Shown here one piece after another: positions 10,609 through 21,000 of a stretch of 64,000 nt of DNA; position 1 is the first letter of the stretch; every line of letters begins with the position of its first letter. Source of the stretch: Promethearchaeati archaeon (GTDB lineage: Archaea; Asgardarchaeota; Heimdallarchaeia; Heimdallarchaeales; Heimdallarchaeaceae); contig JABLTJ010000007.1 in NCBI GenBank assembly GCA_013166775.1, positions 32,001 through 96,000 of the forward strand. Direction: 5' to 3'. The notes beneath the pieces are model-generated. The model did not search any database and was not told the DNA's origin. It saw nothing but the letters and a program-made list of their open reading frames with translations. Position numbers and translations under genes: made by a program.

Positions 10609-12276
10609 ATGGCTATAAATGAAAATTATGTTAATAAATCTGCAAATTATGTTAATAAGTATACAAATTATGTTACTATAGGAGGGATTCTTTTTATCGT
10701 TAGTGCGATTGTAAATATAATTGACAAAATGCTTAAGGGTTGGTCTTTTTCTCATGTTTCTTTAGGGTACATTATTTTTCTTTTTACTATCTTAGGGCTC
10801 TTTCCAATCGGTTGGGGGATTAAAGAATTAACAGATATTTATTTTGTAGATCATGTAACTAAAGTAGGAAAACAGACATTCAATTGGTTTATGATCTATG
10901 CTGGTGCAGTTGTTCTTGATATTATACTCCTAGGTTGGGCTTTAACAGCTGGCTTTGTAGGGATAGCGATAATTTTTGGTAGGGTAATTGGTTTCTTGAC
11001 ATTAAATAAAACTTTAGTAAAAATCAGAGATTTGTTCAATATTAAAACAGGCAGTGTTTTTTATCTAATATTCGCTTTCTATGGAGTTATAACAACAGTT
11101 TTTGGTGGAATTGCAAATTCAGTAGAAGATGAAGTGTTCCAAAGAGTTTTGTATGTATTTAATGGACCAATAGATTCTCTAATAATGATATTAGTAGGAG
11201 TAAAATTGATTCTAGATGTATTTAGAATTAGGACACTAATTTTTGAAAAAGATATAAAACCTTATTCAACTAAATCTTCATTGTTTGTAAGAAACAGGAG
11301 AAAAACACCAGATGTTCCAACAACAGCAGCCCATGTTCAATCATCTACTCAAATTACAAGATTACGCGAAGAAGTACAAAAACGAGAAGAAATGGTCAAA
11401 AAACAAGAACAGAAAATCCAAGCTAAAAAAACAATTGATGACATTATGGAAAATTATGTACAGTGCCCAAAATGTAATGCTAATACTGATAAGAATATTA
11501 AATACTGTACAAATTGCGGAGAAGTTTTTCCTAAAGATTTTCTGAAAAAGAAAGAATCGAAATCTACAGTTCAAGCACGGGAAACTAAATCAGAATCTCG
11601 CTCTCCAACAGAAGTTAAAAGAATTCTTTCTCCTAGGAAAGAAAAAATATTTCAGCAAATAGCTATGGTAATCTTTCTAACATCTTTTCTAATTTATGCA
11701 TTTATAACTGATAACTTTACTTTGATTGTTTATTCATGGATTATAATAGCTATTTTTGCTACTTATATAATAGTCAACTACATTGCTCTTTTCTTTGCTG
11801 GTCGCGGTTTTGCTATCACAACTGTATTGAGCGATCTAGCTTTCATGTTTGTTGTTCTACCAACCTTTATAGCGATTTTCACATATTTCATTTTCTTGGG
11901 AATAGAACGTGCTGTTCCTATGAGCTTACCTGTGTTCAGAGGATTTTATATCTCGTCAGTTATAGTTTTAGTAATTATAGCTGATTTACTAATTGTTAGA
12001 TATAAACTGAGAAGTACAAATATGAGTTTGAAAGAATATCTCCAGTATCGATTCGATTTCAAAGAGAGAGCTAAAGAACTTAAAAAAGATAAAGAACGAG
12101 TAGAAAAAAAGCGATCCTATTTTGATAATTTGGATAAAGTAGAAGCTCATATGGCAAAACAAAGATCAGAAAGCGTCATGCAATATGAGGATTTCGACTT
12201 TAAACAGAGATTAAAAGATTTGGGAAGCCCATTAGAAGATAGTGAGGATACAACAGATAATTCAAAAACCGAATAA
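10609..12276 (+). CDS. Multi-TM membrane protein with a central double zinc ribbon
   Basis: ~6 N-terminal TM, coiled region, CPKC-x10-CTNC, ~4 C-terminal TM. Confidence 0.75.
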   Translation: MAINENYVNKSANYVNKYTNYVTIGGILFIVSAIVNIIDKMLKGWSFSHVSLGYIIFLFTILGLFPIGWGIKELTDIYFVDHVTKVGKQTFNWFMIYAGAVVLDIILLGWALTAGFVGIAIIFGRVIGFLTLNKTLVKIRDLFNIKTGSVFYLIFAFYGVITTVFGGIANSVEDEVFQRVLYVFNGPIDSLIMILVGVKLILDVFRIRTLIFEKDIKPYSTKSSLFVRNRRKTPDVPTTAAHVQSSTQITRLREEVQKREEMVKKQEQKIQAKKTIDDIMENYVQCPKCNANTDKNIKYCTNCGEVFPKDFLKKKESKSTVQARETKSESRSPTEVKRILSPRKEKIFQQIAMVIFLTSFLIYAFITDNFTLIVYSWIIIAIFATYIIVNYIALFFAGRGFAITTVLSDLAFMFVVLPTFIAIFTYFIFLGIERAVPMSLPVFRGFYISSVIVLVIIADLLIVRYKLRSTNMSLKEYLQYRFDFKERAKELKKDKERVEKKRSYFDNLDKVEAHMAKQRSESVMQYEDFDFKQRLKDLGSPLEDSEDTTDNSKTE

Positions 12277-12363
12277 GAACCAATTTCTTGTTAAAATAGA
12301 GTTACGGAAACCATAGGAAGAGATATAATCCTTTATTGTTTCTTTGGAATAGAAATGCAATAA

Positions 12364-13308
12364 GTGTTAACCTTGAGTTTCAAATCAGATGTTAGGCGAA
12401 AAATTGAGTATCAATGCAACACATGTGGGAAGTTACGTTTGCTGTTTATTGCTCCAGCTTTACAATCTGATAAAGTAGAACAAACTGGATATATAGAATA
12501 TTGTGATGTTCATATCTGCAAAAATAAAAATCTTAATGCAATAAAATTATGTGTAGATCATAATTACGATGTGAGATCTCAAGTTACAGTAGAAACAAAA
12601 ACAAGTTCTGAAGAACCAGCTTTTACTGAAATTGAAGGACTTAATATTCCTACACCTAAGAAAGCTGAATTAAGAGAACAAGAAATTATTCCAACTAGAG
12701 ATTTTGGTGCTTATAGTTTAAAGCGTATGGTTATTAAGGATAAACTAAGACAAAGTTCCTTCTTGTTAGAGGGTGTAAAAGAAGGAGTGGAAGTTATTGC
12801 AAATTCTCCCCTGAATTTTATAGAAATTGATATTTTTATCTCCGAGGACATTAATACAGAAACAGTGTACGAGTGGTTATTGAGTCTATCAAATATACTA
12901 GAGTCACTTGTTTATTTAGATGAAAGTTTGTTAAGCTATCTTGGAACCTATTTAGATCATATGATCATCAGCCCTCCAAAAGAGAAGGAACTGCTTGAAT
13001 TATCTCTTTTACTCAACTCAACAGTAGCAATCCCTCATTCAACAGATGAACACATAAAAATATTTGAAGAACATGTCAACGAACTTTTCCCTGAATTAAA
13101 TGTAGTGAGCTATAGAATGTATAGAGCAATAATGGAAGCTTGTTTAAAGAATGAACAAAATAGAGTTATTGATATATATGAAGATGTTAAAAAGAAGATT
13201 GTTCAAATCCAAGCTTTCCCTTATTTTATATCAATAATAGGAACTTTAGTTTCATTTGGTTTCATCAATTTAGAAAAACTAGAGTTCTATTCTATTTCAG
13301 AATTTTAA
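12364..13308 (+). CDS. Hypothetical protein with N-terminal Zn-binding CxxC..HxC domain; paralog of 36807-37721
   Basis: YQCNTC...DVHIC...VDHNYDVRSQV; shared C-terminus INLEKLEFYSIS. Confidence 0.7.
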   Translation: MLTLSFKSDVRRKIEYQCNTCGKLRLLFIAPALQSDKVEQTGYIEYCDVHICKNKNLNAIKLCVDHNYDVRSQVTVETKTSSEEPAFTEIEGLNIPTPKKAELREQEIIPTRDFGAYSLKRMVIKDKLRQSSFLLEGVKEGVEVIANSPLNFIEIDIFISEDINTETVYEWLLSLSNILESLVYLDESLLSYLGTYLDHMIISPPKEKELLELSLLLNSTVAIPHSTDEHIKIFEEHVNELFPELNVVSYRMYRAIMEACLKNEQNRVIDIYEDVKKKIVQIQAFPYFISIIGTLVSFGFINLEKLEFYSISEF

Positions 13309-13325
13309 ACTAAAGGAAGAGATAC

Positions 13326-14612
13326 ATGATGGATTTTAAAGAGGAATTCGATCATATAGCTGCTTTTAGAACAATGAGAGCTTTATGCGAAAGATATAGT
13401 TCAAGAGTATCTGGTTCAACTCAAGAATTGGAAGCTATGCGATATCTTGTTCAACAATTTAGAAAAAAAGTAGGTTTTTATCCTGTTGTGGATCAATATC
13501 CAGTTAAATACTATAAAGGTCATTATGCTAGTATTCAGATTCTTCCTGATGGTGATATCATTGAAGGAAGACCACAATGGATGACAATTAACTCTCCAAG
13601 TACTGGAGTAGAAGATGAATTACAAGTTGTATATCTTGATGGAGAGAATATTGTTGCTTCTGATAATTTTACACATAAAATTGTTATTATTAAATCATCA
13701 AAAGATTATCTAACCCCAGATATATTTATTCAAATAAAAGAGATTTACAAGCAAAAACCAAGCGGTGTAATAATCTTAAGTTCTTATCATCCTGAAGTAA
13801 TAAGATCTGATATTATTTTCAAAGATTACTCAATATTTTCTGAAATTCCAACTATAATTCTTCCAGAAGCAAAGTTCCCAATAGAAAATATTGAAGGAAA
13901 GAAAGGTAAACTACTTATTTTCGGTGAGATCGATAGAGGGAACTTGTTTAATATTTCTCTCATAATTCCAGGTTCAAAAAAAGAATTCATCCTTGTATAT
14001 GCTAATCATGACACTGTAGAAAATACACAGGGAGCTAGAGAAAATGCAGCAGGTGTTGCAATTCTACTAGAAGTAGCTAAGAAAATTTCAAGGTATAAAC
14101 TAAAATATTCATACAGATTTATAACTTTAGGAGGAAAAGAAATGGGTCTAGAGGGGATGAGGAAAATTCTAGATGATTATGATACCTCAAACGTTATTCT
14201 AGGTATAAATATTGACAGCATTGACTCTAATCCAAATAAGATTGTACTATCAGTTTCTGGAGATGAGTATCTCATGGAAATCGTAGAGACAATCAATGAA
14301 TCAAATGATTTTCCCATCGAAACTGAAAAAGGAATACCATTAGGTAAAGATAACTTAGTTATGACTGAAAAAGATATTCCTTCAATTACAATTATGTTAA
14401 AGGATAATGAATCTAAAAATATCTTTCGAACAGAACTTGATTCAATCGATGAGTATGATCCAGAATCATTGAAAAAAGTTGGGGATTATCTCTTAAAATT
14501 CATTAGTAAAATGGAACAAATGAAGGAGGTTGAATTTACTAAAAATATCCCAAGAGATCTTAAAGTTGAAGCAGTAAAATATTTTGAAATTCTACGACTT
14601 TATCAAGAGTAA
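13326..14612 (+). CDS. M28 family peptidase homologue with PA-like insert, degenerate active site
   Basis: ANHDTV, GARENAAGVAILLEVA, GGKEMGLEG, INIDSI and FRTELD align to M28 motifs with substitutions. Confidence 0.75.
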   Translation: MMDFKEEFDHIAAFRTMRALCERYSSRVSGSTQELEAMRYLVQQFRKKVGFYPVVDQYPVKYYKGHYASIQILPDGDIIEGRPQWMTINSPSTGVEDELQVVYLDGENIVASDNFTHKIVIIKSSKDYLTPDIFIQIKEIYKQKPSGVIILSSYHPEVIRSDIIFKDYSIFSEIPTIILPEAKFPIENIEGKKGKLLIFGEIDRGNLFNISLIIPGSKKEFILVYANHDTVENTQGARENAAGVAILLEVAKKISRYKLKYSYRFITLGGKEMGLEGMRKILDDYDTSNVILGINIDSIDSNPNKIVLSVSGDEYLMEIVETINESNDFPIETEKGIPLGKDNLVMTEKDIPSITIMLKDNESKNIFRTELDSIDEYDPESLKKVGDYLLKFISKMEQMKEVEFTKNIPRDLKVEAVKYFEILRLYQE

Positions 14613-14742
14613 AAACATATTCTTAGAATCAAATTAGATGATTTTTGTCGCAAATACTCGAAAGAATCACTAATTTTCTAGAATTCATTTAAAAAGGAGC
14701 TAATAAAGCTTAAAAATGTGAAAAAAAATATCAAAATGACTA

Positions 14743-15057
14743 GTGTTTTTCATGACTGAAAAAGAAGAACAGAGCATGTGGAAAGTACTTCAAGAAATGT
14801 CTAGAAAGGAAAAAGAAGAAGCAGAAAAATTATACGATATAATCAAAATTTTAATGGTCGAATATAACGGTAAAATTCCAATCAAAACAGTTCTCTCTAG
14901 ATTAGGTTTTAATTCAATTGATGAAATGATAGATTGGGAATTAACATGGTTACCACGAAGGGAACTTAATATTAAAATGGAGTATAATGAAGAGAATATA
15001 AAAATCAAAAAAAATGCTTTTGATGATGATGATTTAAGTGTTTATGATTTCTTCTAA
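14743..15057 (+). CDS. Hypothetical protein
   Basis: 104-aa ORF with typical codon usage; start may be the ATG at 14752. Confidence 0.55.
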   Translation: MFFMTEKEEQSMWKVLQEMSRKEKEEAEKLYDIIKILMVEYNGKIPIKTVLSRLGFNSIDEMIDWELTWLPRRELNIKMEYNEENIKIKKNAFDDDDLSVYDFF

Positions 15058-15070
15058 CATCATTTAATTA

Positions 15071-16186
15071 TTATTCAATAATTTCCTCTAAGCCTTCTTG
15101 AAATAGTTTTAATCCTTCTATAAGATATTCTTTTTCAGAACCTATCCCAATTCGGAGATAACCATCCATACCAAAACAATCTCCTGCAATAATAAGTAAA
15201 CTTTTTTCGTCTCTGAGTTTGGTTGTAAGTTTGGTTGAGTTCATATCAAAATGATATTTTAGGAAAGCAATAGCAGCTGCTTGGGGGGGAATGAAACTAA
15301 ATAATGATTTTAGACTATCCAACCACTCTGTTAAAACAACTAAATTTTCTTTAAGCATTTTTCTGTTTCTATCCAAAATCTGTAATCTGAGATCAGAAGA
15401 TAGAACCCAGTATGCAATTTGTTGATCCAGAGCACCTGTTGCAATTGTAGTATAATCTTTGTAAGACCAAGCTTTCTCAGCTACTTCTTCTGTTGAAACC
15501 AACCACCCCATACGTAATCCTGGAAGACTGTAAGCTTTTGATAATCCACCAACAGCAATTACTTTGTCATATAAACCATAAAAGGAAGGAGTTTCTATAC
15601 CACTAATTTCCGCACCACGGTAGACTTCATCAGAAAGAATCCAAGAATTAGCTTCATTTGCGATACCAATAATCTCTTCCATTGCTTTCTTAGTAAGTAT
15701 GGATCCAGTAGGATTGTTTGGATTGCAAACTGCTATCATTTTTGTTTTATCAGAAACTAGACTCTTAAGTTCATCAAGATCAGGTTGCCAGTTTAACTCC
15801 TCTTTGAGATGAAAAGGTTTGACATTAACTTCAAAGGATCGAGCTATTCCCCAAATTTGCATGTAATTTGGAAGCATTAATAAGAGTTCATCTCCTGGTT
15901 CCAAAATACTCCAAATAGAAAGAAAATTGGATTCAGCTGAACCATTAGTAACTGAAACATTATCTAGGTTAGCTCCAGGATAAAGTTCGCTTATAGCTGT
16001 TCTCAATTCAATAGAACCGTTAGTTTGACCATAACCTATTCGAACATCTCTGAGCTGTTCAATTTGCTTTTCATTCAGTAGTTCGTTCAAGGTATATGGA
16101 TGAAAACCACTTTCTGTTAAATTGTAATCGACTATATTTTCCCATAAGGATTGACGTCTTTCTAGCTCAAAAATCTCAATTTTCAT
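15071..16186 (-). CDS. PLP-dependent aminotransferase class I/II
   Basis: NPNNPTG, SDEVY, SKAYSLPGLRMGW motifs. Confidence 0.93.
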   Translation of the reverse strand: MKIEIFELERRQSLWENIVDYNLTESGFHPYTLNELLNEKQIEQLRDVRIGYGQTNGSIELRTAISELYPGANLDNVSVTNGSAESNFLSIWSILEPGDELLLMLPNYMQIWGIARSFEVNVKPFHLKEELNWQPDLDELKSLVSDKTKMIAVCNPNNPTGSILTKKAMEEIIGIANEANSWILSDEVYRGAEISGIETPSFYGLYDKVIAVGGLSKAYSLPGLRMGWLVSTEEVAEKAWSYKDYTTIATGALDQQIAYWVLSSDLRLQILDRNRKMLKENLVVLTEWLDSLKSLFSFIPPQAAAIAFLKYHFDMNSTKLTTKLRDEKSLLIIAGDCFGMDGYLRIGIGSEKEYLIEGLKLFQEGLEEIIE

Positions 16187-16237
16187 GATATCAGAATTGA
16201 TAGAAATTAAAGGTATATAAATTATTACGAGGATAAA

Positions 16238-16924
16238 TCATTGAGAGTAAGGTTTTGCATCCATTTGAGCTCCTTTCTTTTCTACCATTCTTTTCCAACC
16301 TATATTATTCATCCAAGTTACTATTCTTTTCATAATTCTGGTATACCAAAAATCAGGAAGTATTTTCAGTTCTATATCTTGATAGTTTTCATTAGATAGT
16401 AAAGCATCGGAGATTTGATTTAGAGCTTCAAGTAAGAGATTAGCTACCTTACCAAGTTCATCTAATTTCTTACCACTATCTTTTTGCATATTGTGGAACA
16501 TTTGTCCTCCACCAATTGCTAAGCTTCCAAACCAATCGAGACCAACAGTCTCAGCAAATTTACGATAAATGGGTATAGCTACAGCAGTAATTTGATTAGG
16601 TTCAGGGAAACCACAGTTCATTATTGGAATGAATTTCTTTCCTTCAAGTTGCATCTTTTTCTCAAAAATTATCTCCATAGTTTTGATAACTATATATGGT
16701 TGACAGTCATCAAATAGTGGAGCAGTAAGAATTATTATATCAGCTAAATCAATTGCCTTAACCATTTCTGAGATTTTATCTTCACTCGAAAGCTGATTCC
16801 TGATTATAAGTGAACTAGTTTCAAAACCATTTGGACGAATAGTATCAAGAATATAGTTACCTACATTAGTGGATGTACTTATTCTTCCTCTGGGACTTCC
16901 AACTAACAAGAGTACTTTCGTCAT
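16238..16924 (-). CDS. NAD(P)H-dependent flavodoxin-fold oxidoreductase
   Basis: LLVGSPRG, ADIIILTAPLF; overlaps the upstream gene by 4 nt (coupled). Confidence 0.8.
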   Translation of the reverse strand: MTKVLLLVGSPRGRISTSTNVGNYILDTIRPNGFETSSLIIRNQLSSEDKISEMVKAIDLADIIILTAPLFDDCQPYIVIKTMEIIFEKKMQLEGKKFIPIMNCGFPEPNQITAVAIPIYRKFAETVGLDWFGSLAIGGGQMFHNMQKDSGKKLDELGKVANLLLEALNQISDALLSNENYQDIELKILPDFWYTRIMKRIVTWMNNIGWKRMVEKKGAQMDAKPYSQ

Positions 16925-17502
16925 TTTTTCAACTCCATATCATTAATGATTTGCTTCAATTTTGCTCTCAGAGAATCTAAATTTTTCACATCTCTAATGA
17001 TTTCAGATTTGTATTTGGGCGGATAAAAATTCTTGCTATGTCTGTCTATCAGTAATCCAAACAATGCTTCTTCTCCAGAATCTTCTTTCTCTGTAAAAGC
17101 GATTGCAATAAGGGAAGGATAACGTTCATATCTCTTACGATGATGAGACTCGCCTTTGATCAGATTTACACCTGGCAGAAGAAGTCCTAATAACCGTTCT
17201 ATAATTTTCTTCAATTCTGATGAATAACCTCCAAAAGTTAGAGGGGTAAGGAAAACTAATAATTCACTTTGGATTACTTTTTCAGCAATTTCATTCGCGA
17301 TGTCTCCTTTTACACCAGTACAAATACCTGGTGTTGTATCCCAGCATTTGAAGCAACCAATACAGCTCTTAATATCAGTTTGGTGTAGAAGATAAGTTTC
17401 TGGAACTAAACCAATATTCTTCAGCTCTTCTTCCATTATCTTTTGGAGGGGTATCAGATCTTTTTGATTACTTAAACTACCATTAAAAATTACAGCACTC
17501 AT
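16921..17502 (-). CDS. Flavodoxin / iron-sulfur flavoprotein family protein
   Basis: IFNGS, CIGCFKCW..PGIC Cys cluster, TPLTFGGYSSELK. Confidence 0.85.
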   Translation of the reverse strand: MSAVIFNGSLSNQKDLIPLQKIMEEELKNIGLVPETYLLHQTDIKSCIGCFKCWDTTPGICTGVKGDIANEIAEKVIQSELLVFLTPLTFGGYSSELKKIIERLLGLLLPGVNLIKGESHHRKRYERYPSLIAIAFTEKEDSGEEALFGLLIDRHSKNFYPPKYKSEIIRDVKNLDSLRAKLKQIINDMELKK

Positions 17503-17602
17503 TGGAAATATTCCCAGTTATGTTTTTTTTCAAAGATTTTTCCTCGTTTTTAAACCTTTTGAGAGAAATTCTTTTTAGTAATAAGGATATAACGTCTTTT
17601 TA

Positions 17603-17795
17603 TTGAAAAAAAAGCGCAAGATAACAATAATCTTTGTTTTGGTATTGATTATGCTTGCATTTTCTCTTAATTTATCTAAAGCTAAACACTTGGGAACTGA
17701 TACCTGAAGATACTTCTTTCTCAATGATTAGTTTCTTGATCTCACTGAATCTTGTAGTTATTGCTATTCTACTGAGAAGAAAAATAAAGAAATAG
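17603..17795 (+). pseudogene. Remnant secreted-protein gene: signal peptide joined out of frame to a C-terminal TM/basic anchor
   Basis: 17603-17707 MKKKRKITIIFVLVLIMLAFSLNLSKAKHLGTDT*; +1 frame WELIPEDTSFSMISFLISLNLVVIAILLRRKIKK* ends at 17795. Confidence 0.6.
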
Positions 17796-18028
17796 GAGAA
17801 CAATAATTAAATTATATGAAAAGAAGAAAGGAGCGTATTTTTTTTTATCGTTAGTAATCCTAACTTTGCACTTTTCTTTAACTATTTTTTTACGATTTTT
17901 TCTTAAAAACTTTTGATTGAAATTTCATGCATAATACTTAAATAGATATAAAAGGACTTCAAGATTTGATACTTTAGTACTGACACAGGGGGTTTTGGTT
18001 TCAATTCAACAGTGAATAATTTAAAAAA

Positions 18029-21000
18029 GTGAAAGTAAAAATGAAAAATAAACTAACAAAAAAAATTTATTTTATTTGCTTAGTTTCTTTACTTTTGATT
18101 TCATCTACAGGAACTGTTTTCTGTACAACAACTACTTCATCATATGACTTTACAAACATTACAAAACCAAATTCTCAGACTGAAAATTTTTTAGAAGATT
18201 TTCAATTAACTGATAAACCTTCAAGTGCTATAAATGATTATAATTCACCTTGGACTAACGATTCAACTGGTTTTGAACATTCTGATATAGAAAATAATCC
18301 TAACACTAGACCTAATCCTTTCAATAATCCATTCTTCGAGGATGAAGATGAGATTATAGCATTTGGTAGCTTGTCTGATGAATATCTCTTTTCAGGTTTT
18401 AATCCTGAAGCTCTTGTAAAGAAGATTAGTGGTAATAAAATAGAATTTATTATAGCTTTGCAGCAAGATACCGATCCTTCTATACTTTACGAATACCTTT
18501 CAAGTTTCAATATTGATATATCTGAATATCTACCAGGGATCAATGTATTGCTAGCAAATGTTCCTGTCAATCTTGCCTTTAATCCTACTTCAAACCTCAT
18601 AAATGATATCACAAACAAACCTTTTGTGAAATATGTAGAACCAAACTATTACTGTACTTCAGCATATATTCCAAATGATCCTAGTTGGGATCTGCAATGG
18701 GGTTCTCAATTGATTGGAATGGAATCTGCATGGGACTTCCAATTAGGTTCAACAGATGTTAAAGTTGCTATTATTGATTCAGGTATAGATTATACTCACC
18801 CAGATTTAGTTGCTAACTATTTACCAATCGGTTATGATTGGATAAATGATGATTCCGATCCGATGGATGATCATGGTCATGGTACTCACTGTGCAGGTGT
18901 AGTCGCTGCCTCTATTGGCAATGCATTAGGTATAGCAGGTATTGCAAATGTTTCCTTCTTTGCTGAGAAGTTTCTTGGTTCCGATAATTACGGTTCATAT
19001 GTGGATGCAGCCAATGCAATCATACATGCAACTGATATGGGAGCTGATATTTTAAGCAACAGTTGGGGAGGTTACGGATATTCTGATGTACTTGCTGATG
19101 CTGTAGAATACGCTTTGAGTAACGATGTGATTTTCACTGCTGCTGCAATGAATGATGCAACTAGTATAGCACCATATCCTGCTTCTCTTCCAGGAGTAAT
19201 TGCTGTTAGTGCAACTAATCCCTCTGACACTTTAGCTTCTTTCTCTAACTATGGAGATTGGATCGATATTGCCGCTCCAGGAGTTGGCATTTATTCCACT
19301 TATCCAGGAAATAGCTATGTCTCTTGGGATGGCACATCAATGGCTACCCCTCATGTTTCAGGATTAGCAGCTCTTTTACTATCTCAATATCCTAGCTACA
19401 CTTCAGATCAAATCGAGCAATTAATAATGAACACTGCTGTTGATTTGGGAGATCCTGGTTTTGATATCTCTTTTGGCTGGGGACGAATAGATGCTAGTAC
19501 AGCTATATTTGGATTTCAAGATCATGACTTGAGAGCGATTCTACATGCTTCTTCAATAGTGCCCGTAGATTTACCAACACTGATTATAGGTCAGTGTCAG
19601 AATCTAGGACTAGAAACAGAATACGATGTACCTATAAACTTGTTCTTAGACGGAATTCTTGTAAATTCTACGATAATTCCTGTAATAAACAGTAGAGAAA
19701 TCTTTGAAATTACTCATGAATTCTATCCCTCCGAAGAAAAAGTATACTCTGCATCTATTGAAATCGATGTAGTTCCAGGTGAAATAAACATCGCAAATAA
19801 TATCATGGAAAAAGGAATCAATGCAGTGCATAAGCAGATTACTCCCGAAATTGGAGATAAGATGGGCTATAATGGATTCGGTTACGAATATTCTGATATA
19901 TCACCTTTCTATCTTAATTTCGAAATTGTTGGTATTCTTTCAGATACGGAATATGAAATTCTGATGACATATTTTGACTATGAATCAAAAAGTGAATATT
20001 CAGATTACTATATTTTAAATCCATATACAAGAGAATTTGTTGGAAATTGGGACGCTTTTCCATATTGGATAAATGCTACTAAATTATCTATTGGATCATA
20101 TGTAGATATCTTCACTTATGGAGGACAAGAAGGACAAGTAATAGATGAAACTATCGTCGATTATTACGGTACTCCAATTAATGCTTGGGTAGTTCAATGG
20201 ATTTACGATGATTTCTATGATACTCTAATCTACAGTAAAGGAGATGGTATCCTACTGGATGTAACTATTCCTGATTACGGATCATATTTTAATATAGTTT
20301 ATACTAATATCGAATTTGCTACATGGAATGTTCATAACTTAAAAGGTGTTATTGCACCAGTAACTGCAATATTAAACACTCCAACAACAGTTGAGGTTCT
20401 CCTACATAATACTGGAAATTTTGATGAATACTTAAATGCAACATTGAACATAAATGGCTTAACATATGAAGTGGAGAATTACTATCTCATACCTGATGGA
20501 TATGTCTATCTTTATTTTGACTGGACACCGATGGTAGAAGGAGATTATACAATCACTTTGGAAGTTGATCCAACTTATGATGAATATTATCTAGATGATA
20601 ACTTCGATGAAATGATAGTGGAAATAGTTGACATCTCAGATCTTGGTTTTATCAGTGTCTATGTTTACGATGACAATACGATGTTACCACTAGATTCAGC
20701 AGAAGTCTATGTTTTCGATTCAGATTGGGAAATGGTAGACTATGGATTTACAGATATTGATGGTTTCTACAATGTTACAGGATTGTATGTAGATGAATAC
20801 TATATAGAAATCTATAGAGAAGGTTACAGTTATGCTGCTCAATATGTACAAATAGATTACATCGGTGAAGGAGAATATGTCTACTTCTATCTAATAGGAT
20901 ATAGTGTAGGATATAGCTATATTGAAGTCTATGTCTATAACAGTCTTACTTACGAACCAATGGTGGATGTTTATCTAGATCTATACGAATTTGGAGATTG

